Assembly (NCBI GenBank): GCA_030704615.1
Contig: CM060732.1
Coordinates: 64,170,001-64,234,000 of the forward strand
Length of the DNA stretch: 64,000 bases
Direction of reading: 5' to 3'
From: Takakia lepidozioides
Lineage: Eukaryota; Plantae; Bryophyta
In this document: positions 43,380 through 56,682 of the stretch, piece after piece
Numbering within the stretch: the stretch's first letter is position 1
How the letters are laid out: each line of letters begins with the position of its first letter
Notes under the pieces: generated by a model
The model's input: only the letters and a program-made list of their open reading frames with translations
Told to the model about the DNA's origin: nothing
The model's database searches: none
Translations under genes and position numbers: made by a program

Positions 43380-46300
43380 ATGGAACCCCCAGCATCGCTT
43401 CCGGGTGCGGATATGTTTGATTTCAAACTTAGCTCAAGGACTTCTTACGTAACAATCATGCATGTCTTGTTCTTGTTTTGTTTTTGTCAAAACTCAAAAT
43501 AACAAAGTAAACTGGAGTACCTATTACTGAGTAGAGCTGTTCCACTCTTTTCTTAGTCTTCCTCAATTTTAGAGTCCCGAATCTGCCCGTGCATTTCAAT
43601 TGAGTTTTCCATATTTTCCGAAGCAGGTCCCGAATCATGCCAAACGGCCACCTCCGAAGACGACAGAGCCTTGAAGGAGATCAACAATTCTGTCAAGCCA
43701 AGGTACGAGACTTTCTAAAGCAACTCAAATGCAACCCGAATTTAAATTGTAGATGCTCGGTTGTCTAATATTGGAACAGCATTTTGACATATGGTATGAG
43801 GAACTGCTTAAATAGACTTGCATAATAACTTTTTTGCCCTCCAGGCAGGATCTCGACACATCAAAGACGAGGGATGATATCCCGGTAACACCAAACTCCA
43901 CGAGACCAACTCGTCAAATTGTTGTAGCTTCCAGATACGCCTCCACTTGTGTGCCTAGAATTCCTAAAGAATTGTCGCCTACATCGGATGATGCATCACC
44001 GAGGGTAAGAAGCATGACCAAGCCAGTCCCCAGGACTGTAGATAAGGCACGTCGACAAGAACGGAAGTCCCCCTTGAGTGGCTTGAAATCCATTCGGGTT
44101 CCAATTTTTGGAAAAGCATGTGCTCGGATAGCATTGGATCATGGGGCAGCAACAACGGTGAGAGACCCGCCTAACACTACCGGAAAACTAACAAGCCCTT
44201 TGAGGGCAAGAGGTTCAACTCAAAAAGGCAAGAGTTCACAAAAGCAGGAATCCTCACGAGTTTTGTTGCTGAACGGAGCTAAGAGTTCCTCTTCTCAGGA
44301 AAGCTCCAAACAAATAGGGCTTCCTACCAATGGAAAATTTGCAGACAACTTGCTGAAGTCAGCTACACATTGGCTGTCCTTAATTGAACTTGCTGAAGCC
44401 GAGAAGCAGCATGAGCTTGTGATCAACCTGTTTAGTATTGCCATCAGATGTGGAGCAAAGGTACAAAACATCAAGCAAGTTATCCCTTCAACTGGACCTT
44501 GATGTCTTGATAGGAAATTTGTATTCATTTGAAGTTGTAAAGTTACTTTAAATTAGAAGTCACTCACATGGTTGACTTTCAAATCTTTTGACTCGCACAT
44601 GCATGTTTTTTTGTGAGAAGCCAATCGAGCAGATTGGAATCAATTTAAGGCTCTACAAGGAGGCATATGCTATCAGTGATAAGAGCATTCAGGAAATGCT
44701 GCAACAATGCGGGGATGTTGGGAGTGAAGCAGGGACTCCTACGACTGATTTGTCAGACATAGGGAGTGGTGAGGGACACAAACTTGGTGATGCTCCTTGT
44801 TGTCATGTCTTTGCTAATGATTTGACTGACGACACTTGTGGGAACCCCCATGGCCATACCTTTTCAATCATATGCAGCAATGTCTTGGGTGCTGCGGGCT
44901 GCTTACCTGCCAGCGTCCGTACATTTGCATCTTTCGGAATGGAAGCCTAAGCATTGATCAACATTGCAAATGATAGCTGTAAGCAAGCTGACAAGATACC
45001 CGGGAACCCTGGTTGGAGATACTGATTGGTCGTGATCATTTGTTGATCAATGCTTGGGCTTCCGCAATTCCCACTCCACTTCCGCTATCCCTCATTAAGA
45101 GCCCTTAATGATGAGTTGGCATGATTTGTAAAATGGATGTTGTCACCATTTCTTGAATGCAGTCTCAGTTGAAAGTACGTATGGATGACAAGTTAGCTGA
45201 GAGCAGTTCTTGTGAGGTTCTTGTAGTGAAAGTGGGCAATTGGTTTCTTTGATTATTCAGGGAAGTGGGCTTGTTGTCACGGTTACAGTGTGTTTTTCAA
45301 TGTGAACTGGAAACATGGAAACCTTTTGCCTCATCATCAGCGGGGATGGTGATTTACAACTGGAGGTTGAATGTACTGAGCTAACAGCAATAAATCATTT
45401 CCACAGATCTTCAGAGCTCGAGGTTGGCTAATGGTACTAAAACCAATTTCTGCATATTGGAGACTGGGCCAACTTCAGACCACGCTGATGACTTGTCACA
45501 GGTGTGTCTTTGGCTGGAAGCCTGTCTTATTGCAAGTCATTATCGGTCTACTCGTACATTTCTTCAAGCAGATAGTTGGGTGAGAAAGTAGAGGTTCTAT
45601 AGATACATGGAATATGCACATAGAATGTGCTAAGCATTAGATATACATATATGCAGAAGATGAACAAATGAGAGGGAATTTGTATGGAAACAAGCAGAGA
45701 CTTGGTTGGAGCTCTTTTACAAAACCTATTGTAGTTCCTTATTGTGTTTGATGCAGGTCTCCATCATAAGGCTACCATCCTCTCCCCAAACCGCGAATGT
45801 TTTTGAAGCCAGCCAAATTGGGGAGGATGATCGTGCATCAGGGAGCACCGATGGTAGAAAGTCTGGCACTACCCAGAATCTCTATGAGGTTGATTACAGT
45901 CAACTTTCGACCCCAGGGTGCACTGCTAACAAGCCTCTTCCTTCTTCAGTGGGTAGTGAGCTAGGATTACTTGAGCCTATGGCTAAGGGCCCGGATGAAC
46001 AAGCCACACCAGCATTGAATAGGACAAGACCTCCTGTGTGTAATCAGAGCACCCGCGTTGCTAACACACTGCCGTTGAAGCCCTCTGCGTGTCTGGATTC
46101 TGTGGCTGCGGACAGTTCAGACAGACCTGTGGGCTCCCTCTCGGAGTGGTTGCTTCACGAGTCTGAAGAAAATGCTGTTGAATGCCAGTCAGGGCCGTCG
46201 GATGGCCTGCCGCTATCCACCAATGGTGAGTTCTGCCTACAGTATTTGCTCATGATAGTTTCTTACTACTTTGTCAGCAAATCTTACATGATTGATCGTG

Positions 46301-49300
46301 CTTCTATGTTCAGGTGGCTGCAGAAGTCAAAATGATGAATTGAAGCACATGAATATAAATTCTTTGGTGCAAGAGGTGGAGGAGGGAGAAGGTAGAGGAG
46401 ACTGTCTTGTATCTGTCAAAGATCCGATGCTTTCGGTGGAGGCAATGGACCGTCCATTGGCTCGTGACTTCTACGTGAAGCGGAAGCCTAGAGAGTTGTG
46501 CAAGGTAGACACCAATTGCAGCATCAGCGTGGCAACGCATTTGAGGAGAAAGGGGCAAACTCCCTCAGATTTGGAGCTCTCTGTAGGAGGTACAGATTGT
46601 GGTTCATCAGTTTGCGAAGGGAGGGATGAGATAGAACAGTGGGTGGAAGAGACCAGTCCACTGCAGCAGCAATTTGTGAAGACAAATGGTGCTGACATGG
46701 GGTCTTCAAATTTTGAAATCATTCAGACTGCATTAGCAAGAGAAACTTCCAGTCCTGACACAGGTATTGATCACTGGCATAAAATGGAGAAATTTCTGCA
46801 TAGGAGCCTAAATGAACAGCATGCTACTGTATATATCTCAAATCAGAGGAGGTGGAATTCAAGAAGATTTAAATTTTTCTGCTCAATACAGCATATTTGG
46901 CTTGGGATAGCTTTGCAGTGAGGGTGTTTTGGTGCTAGTAGCTCTCCATCATAAATCAAATCAGAGGAGGTGGAAATTCAAGAAGATTTAAAATGTTGCT
47001 GAATAGAGCATATTTGGCGTTCAGTGAGGGTGTTTTGGTGCTCGACCATGTAAAGAATTTGGTTGCTGTACAGACCAAGCAAACGCCCCAGACAACACCA
47101 CCCAGGTTGAAGAGAGGGAAAAGCCAAGCTCTGAGCCCAAGGTCTATGTGCAGCGGAAATCTACCAAAGGTGTGAAGTTTGATGACATGCCCACTGTAAT
47201 CAAAAGTGCCTCACCATGCACTGAACCTTTAAGCAGCAGGGAAGGCGCACACAGTCTTGAGGGAAAGTTTGAGACAACGAGTGGGAATGAATCATCAGAG
47301 CTACAAGAAATCGGGCCTTGTTTGGTAGACAGGAAGGAGGAGAGTTTTTGGACAGATAGTTTGCCTGTGACAGTCTCAAAGGGTAAGCGTGTGGTAAGAG
47401 GCAAAAGACAGTGCACCCCAAGGTTCAAACTCAGCACTCCAGTCTGGAAAGCTGTGGAGAGAGAGTTGAATGGGGCTGGAGTTTCTGTGTCTGACACAGC
47501 CATAGGGTCTTGCGGGCTAGCTTGCTTTCTCACAGGCCTGGAAAGCCAGGCAATGGATCGTCATGAGGATACAGGAAACATGGATGGGTCATTGGACATG
47601 AAGAGGGACTCACTGAGGTTCCAGCAGGCCGATCTGGGTTCCTTGCAGAGAGGTCCATCTAGTCCTGTGATGGATTTCAAGAAAAGTAAGCTGCTATATT
47701 GACTATGTACCTTATGTTACTAACAGGCTAACAAGTTGTTGGCCACTTACTACATTTAAATACGGTTTCCAACTTTGTTCTGATGATATTATCATGCTGG
47801 GGTGATTTCAATGCTCTCGTGGTTGGCAAAACAGAAGGCAAGGGGAGCTCTGTGAAAGTGCCAAGATCTGCTGCCAAGAGGGGCACACAACAGGCAAAGG
47901 GCCAAGCAGCTGTTGAAACTGGAGCCCATGGTGAAGAGCGCAGTGGAGGTAATGGCCAGGTCCGTGGGCATAAGCCATGGAAGAGTTTTCAGGTATTGCT
48001 CAACCTCTTTCCTTATCTCAGAATGTCAAAGAATCTCACCCTTTCGGATGGGGAGCTATATCGCAAAAATTATTTGGGAGTCCATTGATGCAATCAAGGT
48101 TCCCTGACTTTCGCCATTCCTCAAAATTTATTCCAATGAAAAGCTGAATTGAAGCTACATGAGTGTCATACATACATGAATAGGAAAGCGCAGGAAGAGA
48201 ATGGCCCAACTTTCAAACAAATGTGTGGCTTCCCATGTGACATCCTCTTAAACCCTCACTTCTCAAGATCAGTGTCATTGATGTTACAATTGAGCCCACA
48301 TGAAACTGAAAGCTCAGAAGAAAATGGTCAGGATTGTAATGAGAGATTCCAACCAGCTTGGCTGGTACAATAGTGTACAGTGTACAGTGTAAGATGATAA
48401 GATGAGCATCATCTGCTGTTTGTGTTTGAAAAGTCAGACTCTAAAGTTTTGCTTTTATAAACAATAACAAAATATGTTTGAAGTACATAAATCTTCATTT
48501 CTGGATTAGTCAGCCAACAAAATGTATTGGCAGTGAACAAGAAAGCAGTTGTGAGAAATATAATGTGATAAATAAACGATAGAATGAGTTGGAACCCCAA
48601 AGCAGCTGTGGAAAATCTAATGTAACAAGAGAAACATTGTGTAACTCCTTTAACGAGACACCTGCTGCAAATTTCAATGTGTAACTGGCCAGCATAAACC
48701 AGATATTGAAGAATTAAAGTTTTACCCTTCTACTCGGAACATTGGAGAAAGACCATAGGGCCACATCCAAGGGTGCAGGCAGGCATGCACTTGGGAAACA
48801 TTCGTCAGCCTTATCACGCTGCTGGCTCTCTGACTGCTTCAGTAGCTCACGAGGTTGTGTTGATCTTTACCTTTCTGGATTCATCTTTCATATCCTTACT
48901 TAAAAGTAATCTTTGCAGAAGCTTGGTGCACATCATTAACAAGAACTGATGGACAGGTTGGGGTTGCTGCTGATGGAGCATGCAATTAACTGTCAACTTT
49001 TATAAACTAAGTCAACCTCCTTCATACCAACATACCTTGTATAAAACAGAGGTGGTACCCTCTACGAAGTGGGGAGGTCTGCAGGCTCTCTCCCACATCA
49101 GGTTTAAGGATGTTAATTATCATTGTGGGGAAATGTACTAAGCTATTGTATGAAGATAGTGATGAGAAGCGATACATTGATATTGTGGTCTACAGGGTCC
49201 CGTAGAGGGAGTGGAGGTAAGAGGAGAATGGGCTGCCACTGTCGGAGGTACAGCTGTTAGCACAACTCCTGGTAAGTACATTACAAATGAGTGTTGAAAA

Positions 49301-49799
49301 TCGTTGTACAGATTTGCATCGTTCTATCTTTGTGTCTGTTTCTGCTGGAGTGGTCTCTCTATGAATCCCTTCACGACCATGCCCTCTGCCTCTCCTTCTC
49401 TGCCCTTGCAACTTCTATGTCGCTTGGCACCAGGTAGAGTTGAGCTCAATCTTGCCCAAGGGGTGCCACTGGCTATGAGACAGACAGCAAATGCTTTTCA
49501 AATTAGATTGTCACTCAGATTTCTTTTGTTGTCCTTTGGGAGGCTGCCCAGCCCTGACAGTGCCAATTAATAATAAGGACCAAAAGTGCTTGGCAGCTCA
49601 ATGTCATGAGATGGTCCATCTTGAGCACTGGTTTTCTTTCTTTGTTTATCAGTGTTTGTAGATATTATCAACTAGGGATAGTGGCATCGCTGGAGATTTC
49701 AGTCCTTGAGGGTATGCTACGGTTGCAGGATCAGCTGGGCTGAGGCGTTCAGCGAGGATTCAGAGCAAAGTGCAACCACGGAAACAGACAAGAGAGTAG
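43380..49799 (+). CDS. Multi-exon gene for a large low-complexity protein with a CKAP2-C-like motif (putative microtubule-associated protein)
   Basis: Phase-consistent GT-AG exons 43380-43404, 43627-43702, 43845-44460 and 44621-...; internal ORFs at 45757-, 46313-, 47073- and 47835-47992; then 49196-49271 and 49729-49799 (TAG). Motifs WLSLIELAEAEKQHELVINLFSIAIRCGAK|PIEQI and TPGSAGLRRSARI. Internal exon borders only partly resolved. Confidence 0.7.
44934..45071. repeat. Long intronic inverted repeat (hairpin)
   Basis: GGAAGCCTAAGCATTGATCAACA (44941-44963) pairs with TGTTGATCAATGCTTGGGCTTCC (45041-45063), with one G:U. Confidence 0.85.
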
Positions 49800-50622
49800 A
49801 CTCTGTGAACTCATAATAGCTACATGGCGATGGCACAGATGAAAATGCTCAGTAGGAAGAAACTGACAATGGTCAAGTTTAACCCCCAGAGTGAGTTCGC
49901 AATGTTGCCTTTTTAGAAGACCCATTGCTGCACATAACAAGAGTTCAGAAGAGGTCAGTATATCAAAACGACAGAGTGACAGCTCAGGGTTTCAGTGTCC
50001 TCCATGGCCAGGTGCCATGCTCATCATACCATCAGACACAGGCATTCCCTCACTCTTGCTGAGTCCAGGTGGGAGGATCAACAAGGTTTCAGATTGAGCT
50101 TTTCCACCTTGCTCGCACACTACTTCAAGCCACTAATCTGGGTTTTTGCCCAACTCAAGACCACATCTCTCCAGATGGGGATGTATGTATATCAGTAGTC
50201 CTAGCTCTTCCATTGTTTTTGTGTAGTGAGAGATCAAAGATAATTGCATTTCATTTGTACACTACACAGTGACTCCTTCAGGCCAGTTTTGTTATCACTG
50301 CCGAAGTAGTTGTGTGTATTTCCTCATAGAGGTTTTGAGTGTAGGTTCTGTGACTTCCTGGTTTGAAACACTGAGAAAGGTTCTTGAGGCTGAATTTTGA
50401 CTTACAGGTGCAACACCAAGGGGCTTTTACCCTGGGATGCTAAGACCATCAGCAAGGCATAGCCTCTGCGAACCAAAAATCTGTACAGGAGTAATGATGC
50501 TTCTGCACCATAATAGTGAGTGTGAGGAGAGAGAAACAGAAACTCTCATTGTAGTTTCCTAGACACTGGCCAATAACCAATCATCAGAAAGAGTGTTTGT
50601 ATGTTGATTATTTTACTCAGGA

Positions 50623-53604
50623 TTACCAGTAATCCCCACATGAACACAAGCCATCCTTGAAGTGATGAAAGCAGGTGGCATCCCTTGCGATAATTTCACG
50701 CCCAACTATCTTTGAGATGAACTTGGTGGCAGTGTGGCAATCACCACATATTCGAAGGTTCTTGATTATGCGGATAGGTGACCCAGGGGGGGTGCTGATG
50801 AAACCAAAGGCAATAGCTAGCTTCTCACTATGGTGACAGAGAGTGATTTCTTTCATCTGCTCATCCACATCATGCAAGGTAAAGTGTGTCTCGGGACGGT
50901 ATCCCGCCTCCTTCATCTGTTTACTCAATCTCTCCAACTCAGCGTAGATCTCCTCTGTTCGTGGGTGGGATCTATCTTCTGCAATGAATGTATGGACCCT
51001 GTTCTTGACCTCAATCCAGCTGCGCCCTGCCTCCTTGTTCACGCATCGGTCCACCATTTCCTTCCTCACCTTTGCTACAGCATCCCACCTGCCAGCAGCC
51101 GCATATGTGTTTGAAAGGAGCACATATACACCTGCGTCTTGTGGTTCCAACACAAGGACACGGTCTGCCACATGTTCTGCTAGCTCCACATTGCCATGAA
51201 TCCTGCAGGCACCAAGCAAGGCCCGCCACACTGGAGAACCTGCTTCAAATGGCATTTGTTTGATGAAGTTATGTGCCTCATCCAGGCACCCTGCACGGCC
51301 AAGAATGTCAACCATGCAACCATAGTGCTTTTCTGTTGGTGCAATCCTGTGATCTCGACTCATAGAAAGGAAGTAATGGTGGCCTTCATCTACGAAGCCC
51401 ACATGGCTGCATGCAGAGAGAACGCCAATATATGTGACCTCATTCGGCTTCAGCCCTTCCTGTTTCATCTGCTCAAAAAATTGTAGGGCCTCCTTACCAT
51501 TCCCATGTTGGGCATATCCTATAATCATCGCATTCCATGAGACCACCTCTCGTACAAGAATTTTTTCAAAGACTTGCTTTGCGTCCTCCAGATTCCCACA
51601 CTTGGCGTACATGTCAACAAGGGCATTACCCACAGAGACATCTGACTCAAATCCAGATTTGATGGTCTCGGCATGAACCCATTTGCCCTCCTCCATTGCT
51701 CCTAGGCTTGCACAAGCATTGAGGATGCTGATAAAAGTGACTTTGTTTGGTTTGATACGTTCTCGTTGCATTTGCCCAAAGAGTTCTAAGGCCGCATCAC
51801 CTTGACCATTCTGAGCAGACCCTTCGATCATTGCAGTCCAAGAGACTACATTTCGTTCAGACATTTTGAAGAACACTCCGCGAGCATCCACCACACTCCC
51901 ACACTTGCAATACATGGCGACAATGGCAGTCCCCACAAATGGATCTGATGCAAACCCGGCCTCAATGATTGCCGCATGGATCTGCTTGCCCCGTTCCAGA
52001 GCTGCTGGGATGGTACATGCATTGAGGACGCTAACAAAAGTGATCTTGTTTGGTTTCAAGCCTTCTCGCTGCATTTGGCCAAACAGTTCAAATGCCTGCT
52101 CACCATGACCATGCTGAGCAGATCCTGCAATCATGGCAGTCCATGAGACCACATTTCGTTCAGGCATTTTTAAAAACAAGGCCCGCGCATTCGCAACACT
52201 CCCACACTTGCAGTACATGCTGACAAGGGCAGTCCCCACTCGCACATCCAACTCATACCCAGCTTTGATGATATCTGCATGGACCCTCTTGCCCTCTTCA
52301 AAGCCTAGTAGGCCGACACATGCATTGAGGACGCTCATGAAAGTGATCTTGTTTGGTTTCACTCCTTCTCGTTGCATCTGCTGGAAGATTTCAAATGCCT
52401 GTTCATCATGCCCTTGCTGGGCTAATCCTGCAATCATCGCATTCCATGAGATCACATCTCTCTTAGGAATCCCATCAAACACTTGGTGAGCATCCACCAC
52501 ACTCCCGCACTTGCAGTACATGCTGATTAGAGCATTGCTCACACGGACATCTGATTCAAATCCAGATTTCAGAATTTCAGCATGCACCCCCTTGCCCTCT
52601 TCCAGGTCTCTTAGGCTGCCACACGCAGTGAGGATGCTCACAAAAGTGGCTTTGTCAGGCTTCACCCCCTCTCGTTGCATAACGCCAAACAGGGCAACTG
52701 CGTCTGCCCCATGCCCTTGCTGAGAAAATCCTGCCATCATTGCATTCCACGAGACTACATTTCGTTCAGGCATTTCGAAAAACACTCGCCGTGCATCCAC
52801 TATACTGCCGCACTTGCAATACATGCTGAGAAGGGAAGTCCCAACTCGGACATCTGACTCCAACCCGGCTTCGATGATCATCTCGTGGAGCCGTCTGCCC
52901 TGCTCCAAGGCTGCTGGGGTAGCACATGCGTTGAGGATGCTCAAGAAGGTGATCTTGTTTGGTTTCGTGCCTTCCAGTTGCATCTGCGCAAGGAGCTCAA
53001 AAGCCTCTGCACCACGCCCTTCTTGAGCAAGTCCTGCAATCATCGCATTCCATGAGATTACACTCCGGCTGGGCATTCTCTCAAACACGTTTCGCGCATC
53101 CCAAATACTCCCACACTTAATATACATGCTCATAAGGTTGTTTCCTAGGAAGATGTCGAGCTCGAATCCACTTTTATTTATGTGGGCATGGACCTCCTTG
53201 CCGCCTGACAGGGCTTGCTTCTTAGCACACCCCTGCAAGAGACGAGCACAAGCCGCGGCATAAGCTTCAAATCCTTCTTTCTTCGTGAAATCCAGAATTT
53301 GCGATGCCTCCTCCTCCTTCCACACTGTGCTCACAGAGTCCCCACGTGCTCCCCAGATGTCCTTGTTTCCTTTCTGAATGCCTTCATCATCCCCTTGTTG
53401 TCGCCATCCATTAGAAGAACTGATGATGCTGACCGCGCCAAGACAAACACACCGACTCTGATGCCCAAGTAACAAGTGGGTCTCATTCCAGACTTGCAAC
53501 CGCACACTTCCGGATGATGATACCAAATATCTGGAGCACCTGGTCTTGGGGACTGAGTGTTCTGTGGGTTTGAGCATACTGCGGTCCATTTGGCCAGAAG
53601 GCAC
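50623..53604 (-). CDS. PLS-class pentatricopeptide repeat protein with E and DYW domains (organellar C-to-U RNA editing factor), 993 aa, intronless
   Basis: N-terminal targeting-like region, regular P-L-S triplets, E domain, PG-box-like EAGRSWIEV, HSEKLA, CGDCH, terminal CSCGDYW. Confidence 0.96.
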   Translation of the reverse strand: MPSGQMDRSMLKPTEHSVPKTRCSRYLVSSSGSVRLQVWNETHLLLGHQSRCVCLGAVSIISSSNGWRQQGDDEGIQKGNKDIWGARGDSVSTVWKEEEASQILDFTKKEGFEAYAAACARLLQGCAKKQALSGGKEVHAHINKSGFELDIFLGNNLMSMYIKCGSIWDARNVFERMPSRSVISWNAMIAGLAQEGRGAEAFELLAQMQLEGTKPNKITFLSILNACATPAALEQGRRLHEMIIEAGLESDVRVGTSLLSMYCKCGSIVDARRVFFEMPERNVVSWNAMMAGFSQQGHGADAVALFGVMQREGVKPDKATFVSILTACGSLRDLEEGKGVHAEILKSGFESDVRVSNALISMYCKCGSVVDAHQVFDGIPKRDVISWNAMIAGLAQQGHDEQAFEIFQQMQREGVKPNKITFMSVLNACVGLLGFEEGKRVHADIIKAGYELDVRVGTALVSMYCKCGSVANARALFLKMPERNVVSWTAMIAGSAQHGHGEQAFELFGQMQREGLKPNKITFVSVLNACTIPAALERGKQIHAAIIEAGFASDPFVGTAIVAMYCKCGSVVDARGVFFKMSERNVVSWTAMIEGSAQNGQGDAALELFGQMQRERIKPNKVTFISILNACASLGAMEEGKWVHAETIKSGFESDVSVGNALVDMYAKCGNLEDAKQVFEKILVREVVSWNAMIIGYAQHGNGKEALQFFEQMKQEGLKPNEVTYIGVLSACSHVGFVDEGHHYFLSMSRDHRIAPTEKHYGCMVDILGRAGCLDEAHNFIKQMPFEAGSPVWRALLGACRIHGNVELAEHVADRVLVLEPQDAGVYVLLSNTYAAAGRWDAVAKVRKEMVDRCVNKEAGRSWIEVKNRVHTFIAEDRSHPRTEEIYAELERLSKQMKEAGYRPETHFTLHDVDEQMKEITLCHHSEKLAIAFGFISTPPGSPIRIIKNLRICGDCHTATKFISKIVGREIIARDATCFHHFKDGLCSCGDYW

Positions 53605-56600
53605 TCAGACTAACTGAATCTCACACAATGCGCATTTGCTCGATTGAGCTGCATAATCGTTGAGACGAAAAATGCAGCAAATAAACAGAGAATCTCGGAG
53701 TATGCTTTGTAACCCATTTTCCACACATAGCAGCTTAGACGGATTCTTCAGGATACAGCAGAACACACCATGGCCGTCGCGGCCTGAATCTCTTGGCCTC
53801 CTCATCTCGCAGGTCCGAAATCCCGAGGACAAGCTGTGGAAAACAGGGACTTAGCAAAACTACATTTGAGAATATCAAAATCGCAGTGCGGGATCTGTGG
53901 GATGTCCTCGTTGAACCCTAGTAGATAAACGCGGGTGATTTGTCTCGAATCCATTCAAAATGTGTATTCCGCCAGAGCCACAACAGTGAACCCTGCTTCA
54001 CTAGGGTACAGTATCTGCCAGGAATCTTGGTGAGTCGGCGCCACAAGAACAAGAGGGTTGCTTGTTTATGAATTTGAACCCACGTCCACCTTGTCGGTGA
54101 CAAGACCTTCTTTTTGTTGTTTTTCATTCGATCTGTTTGGGAGAGGAAGGAAGGACTCTAGCAGCTTTTGCAGGGGACCCAATTTGTGGTGAAGTTCTGA
54201 AGATAGAGAGCCGGGGAGAGCGGGACAAAGAGGATCGACAGGTGGGTGTTGCTGTGAGACGACAACCAGAGTGGGTTCTGTTGCAGAAGGAAGGAAGAAA
54301 ATGTTTGGCAGTGTCATGGTAAGCAGGGGGACGGCGCGCAGGGTGGTGTATGTGTGCTTGGCACTGCCCGCCATAGCTCTCGCGGCTCGCCTGTACATCG
54401 ATCCTGCCCATCATGCCCTTTCTTCCCACAAGGACCAAGTAGATATTCCGCCCCATGTCCCTCCCCCCATACCTGCTCACACGACTGAACATCATCAGCC
54501 TGCGCAATCAAGCTGACTCTACATGATGTGATGCAAAAAGGTGATGTGTATCGTCCACTATCCTGAAAATTTTGGTATTTTTCTTAGGTGTTCTCCACTA
54601 TCTGGAAACCGCAAGCATGAGTTCAAATTTGAGCTGCAGCTGCAATCGATCAGTAAGTTTTGTAGTCCAGCGGTTGATACCGATCTGTTCCGCGGTAAGC
54701 ATATTAGTGCAAAGTATTCTGCATTTCTCATTGCTTATGTTTGGTATAAATAGAGACAGAGTCATCTGCACATTTCAGCTCTCTGCAAGAAGTTCTCCTC
54801 CGAATCTCTGGTGCTCAGGTCAATCTAACCCTAATTCGTTGGCACTCACCAATGTGTCCCACTAGTCAATCCTGGTCAGTGCATCAAACATGCAAACTCT
54901 AGATTACAGTCACGCAATATCGACTACTATCAAAGCTATTTTTAAACATGTTAGGTGTAGCATTTCATTTCAATTTTAAGAGTCATACAGACTGTAATTT
55001 CCCCTCCAGATTTTCTCAAATTGAGCAAACCAATTATCTGTACCATTTGGGGCCTTTGTCACTGGTTCAGTTACATAAATTCTGTAAAATATGCAGAAGG
55101 AAGAGAGCTGGATTGATTGGATCCTAACAGTACAGGTTACCTAGCAAAGTGTTGCATTCTCCCTGGTTACAACCTCAAACTGGGGTTAACTCGGGCTTGG
55201 GCTTGGATAGAGGCATTTCTGTCCATTGCTTCTCCTGAACTTCAAAATTCTTGATCTTAGTAGTATAATAGCTTTCTTTGCAACTCGCTAACAAATTTGA
55301 GTCTTATTACAGGTTGTATCATAATTTGTTCCTGGCATTGATAGTGCGATGGCTGTTGCATCATGGAATTGGCATGTAACTGGGAGGTCAATTACACGAG
55401 CTCCATACAATGTTCCTTCGGGACATGTATGACTAGAGTTTCTGACGGTCAAGATACTGTGGTTTAACTTGGGTGCACAGTAAGGGTCGCCATGGTTCAG
55501 GCTGGGCTGTGGGGTCCAAGTTTACAATACTGTGCTCATAGTTCATGCCCAAATTCCTTTTTCCTCTTGCAGATTTTGGGAGGAGCAGCCAGAACCAACA
55601 TTTGCTACTTTGGAGAGAATATTGAGGTCCATGAGATGTGGAAATTTTGGGAAAACCCATGTACCAATTTTAGTTCTTCCATTCAGTTCTTAGGTTGTTA
55701 TGAAAGTTTTGTCACCAAGTTATAGTTTCAAGTTTATGGGGTGCTGTTATTGAGAAATGCCCTTGCTGAATTTTCTCAACAGTAAGGGGGAAGTTTTTTC
55801 TGGGGGTGGGAGGGGAAGGCTTGAAATTTACCAGTCTGGCCACCATTACAAGCTTTCATGAAAATGGGAATGTGGTAGGCTGACACTGGGCTGCAGATTG
55901 CAAATGGAATCTCCTGGAATAGTGACTGGCACTTTAGTTTTTGGAATATTGAGAGTCACATGCTCATGTATCATGTAATGGTTGGATATGACAACCTATG
56001 CACCAACATTGATCATTGTGATTCATGTGAACTATTGAATTGAAGCTCTTGTTGAATTACATACATTGGTGTTCCAGTATCATGGTAAAATTTGTCTGTT
56101 TGTCTTACTCAAGCATGTAGGAATGCATTGTGATGGCACCAAGTTCACTGTAGGCACAAACTCCCCCCAGAAGTTTCCTAGCTTAGTTGGGAGCCACTCT
56201 TTGTGCACATCTCAGTTGAGGTTCGGCTTCCAATTTGACAATTGAGACTTCCCTTCTCTTCACCAGGAAGGTGTCATGGTGGGAGGCACATTCACAAGGA
56301 GGAGTGAACATTGAGAATGTGGGCATTGATCTGCTTCCAGAACCAGGACTAAGCTGGCATTTTCCCCAGACATCTCTTTCAGGAACCGAAATGTGTCTTT
56401 GCAAAGTAAAAATATTACATTGCTCTAGTGTTACAGTTGGTAGGACAGTCTCATTCATCTACTTTGAAGTTAAGCTGGTCTGAACAGCACCAAGCTTGGT
56501 CGTGTCCTCCATTTGGCATGTGGTTGTCTGTGATTTTGTTGTCATCCTTGAAGGCACATCCTGTCAACTTCTTTGGGAATTTCTGTACTTCAACTCAACT

Positions 56601-56682
56601 ACCCCCGGGAAGGGAGCCTCTTTCCTCCTTTGAAAACATATGAGATAGAAACTATTTTGGTTGGGATCTCCATTCCTCATGT

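Noticed and set aside
46839-47040. ~90-bp direct duplication (AAATCAGAGGAGGTGGAA..)
   Set aside because: Real, but an ordinary local intronic duplication with no sign of function.
50830-53472. Plus-strand ORFs opposite the PPR-DYW gene (and similar antisense ORFs over gag/pol/DNMT)
   Set aside because: Shadow frames of repetitive coding sequence.
54066-54516. Small overlapping ORFs (61-127 aa) upstream of the PPR-DYW gene
   Set aside because: No recognisable domain or consistent exon structure; may be 5' UTR or promoter sequence.
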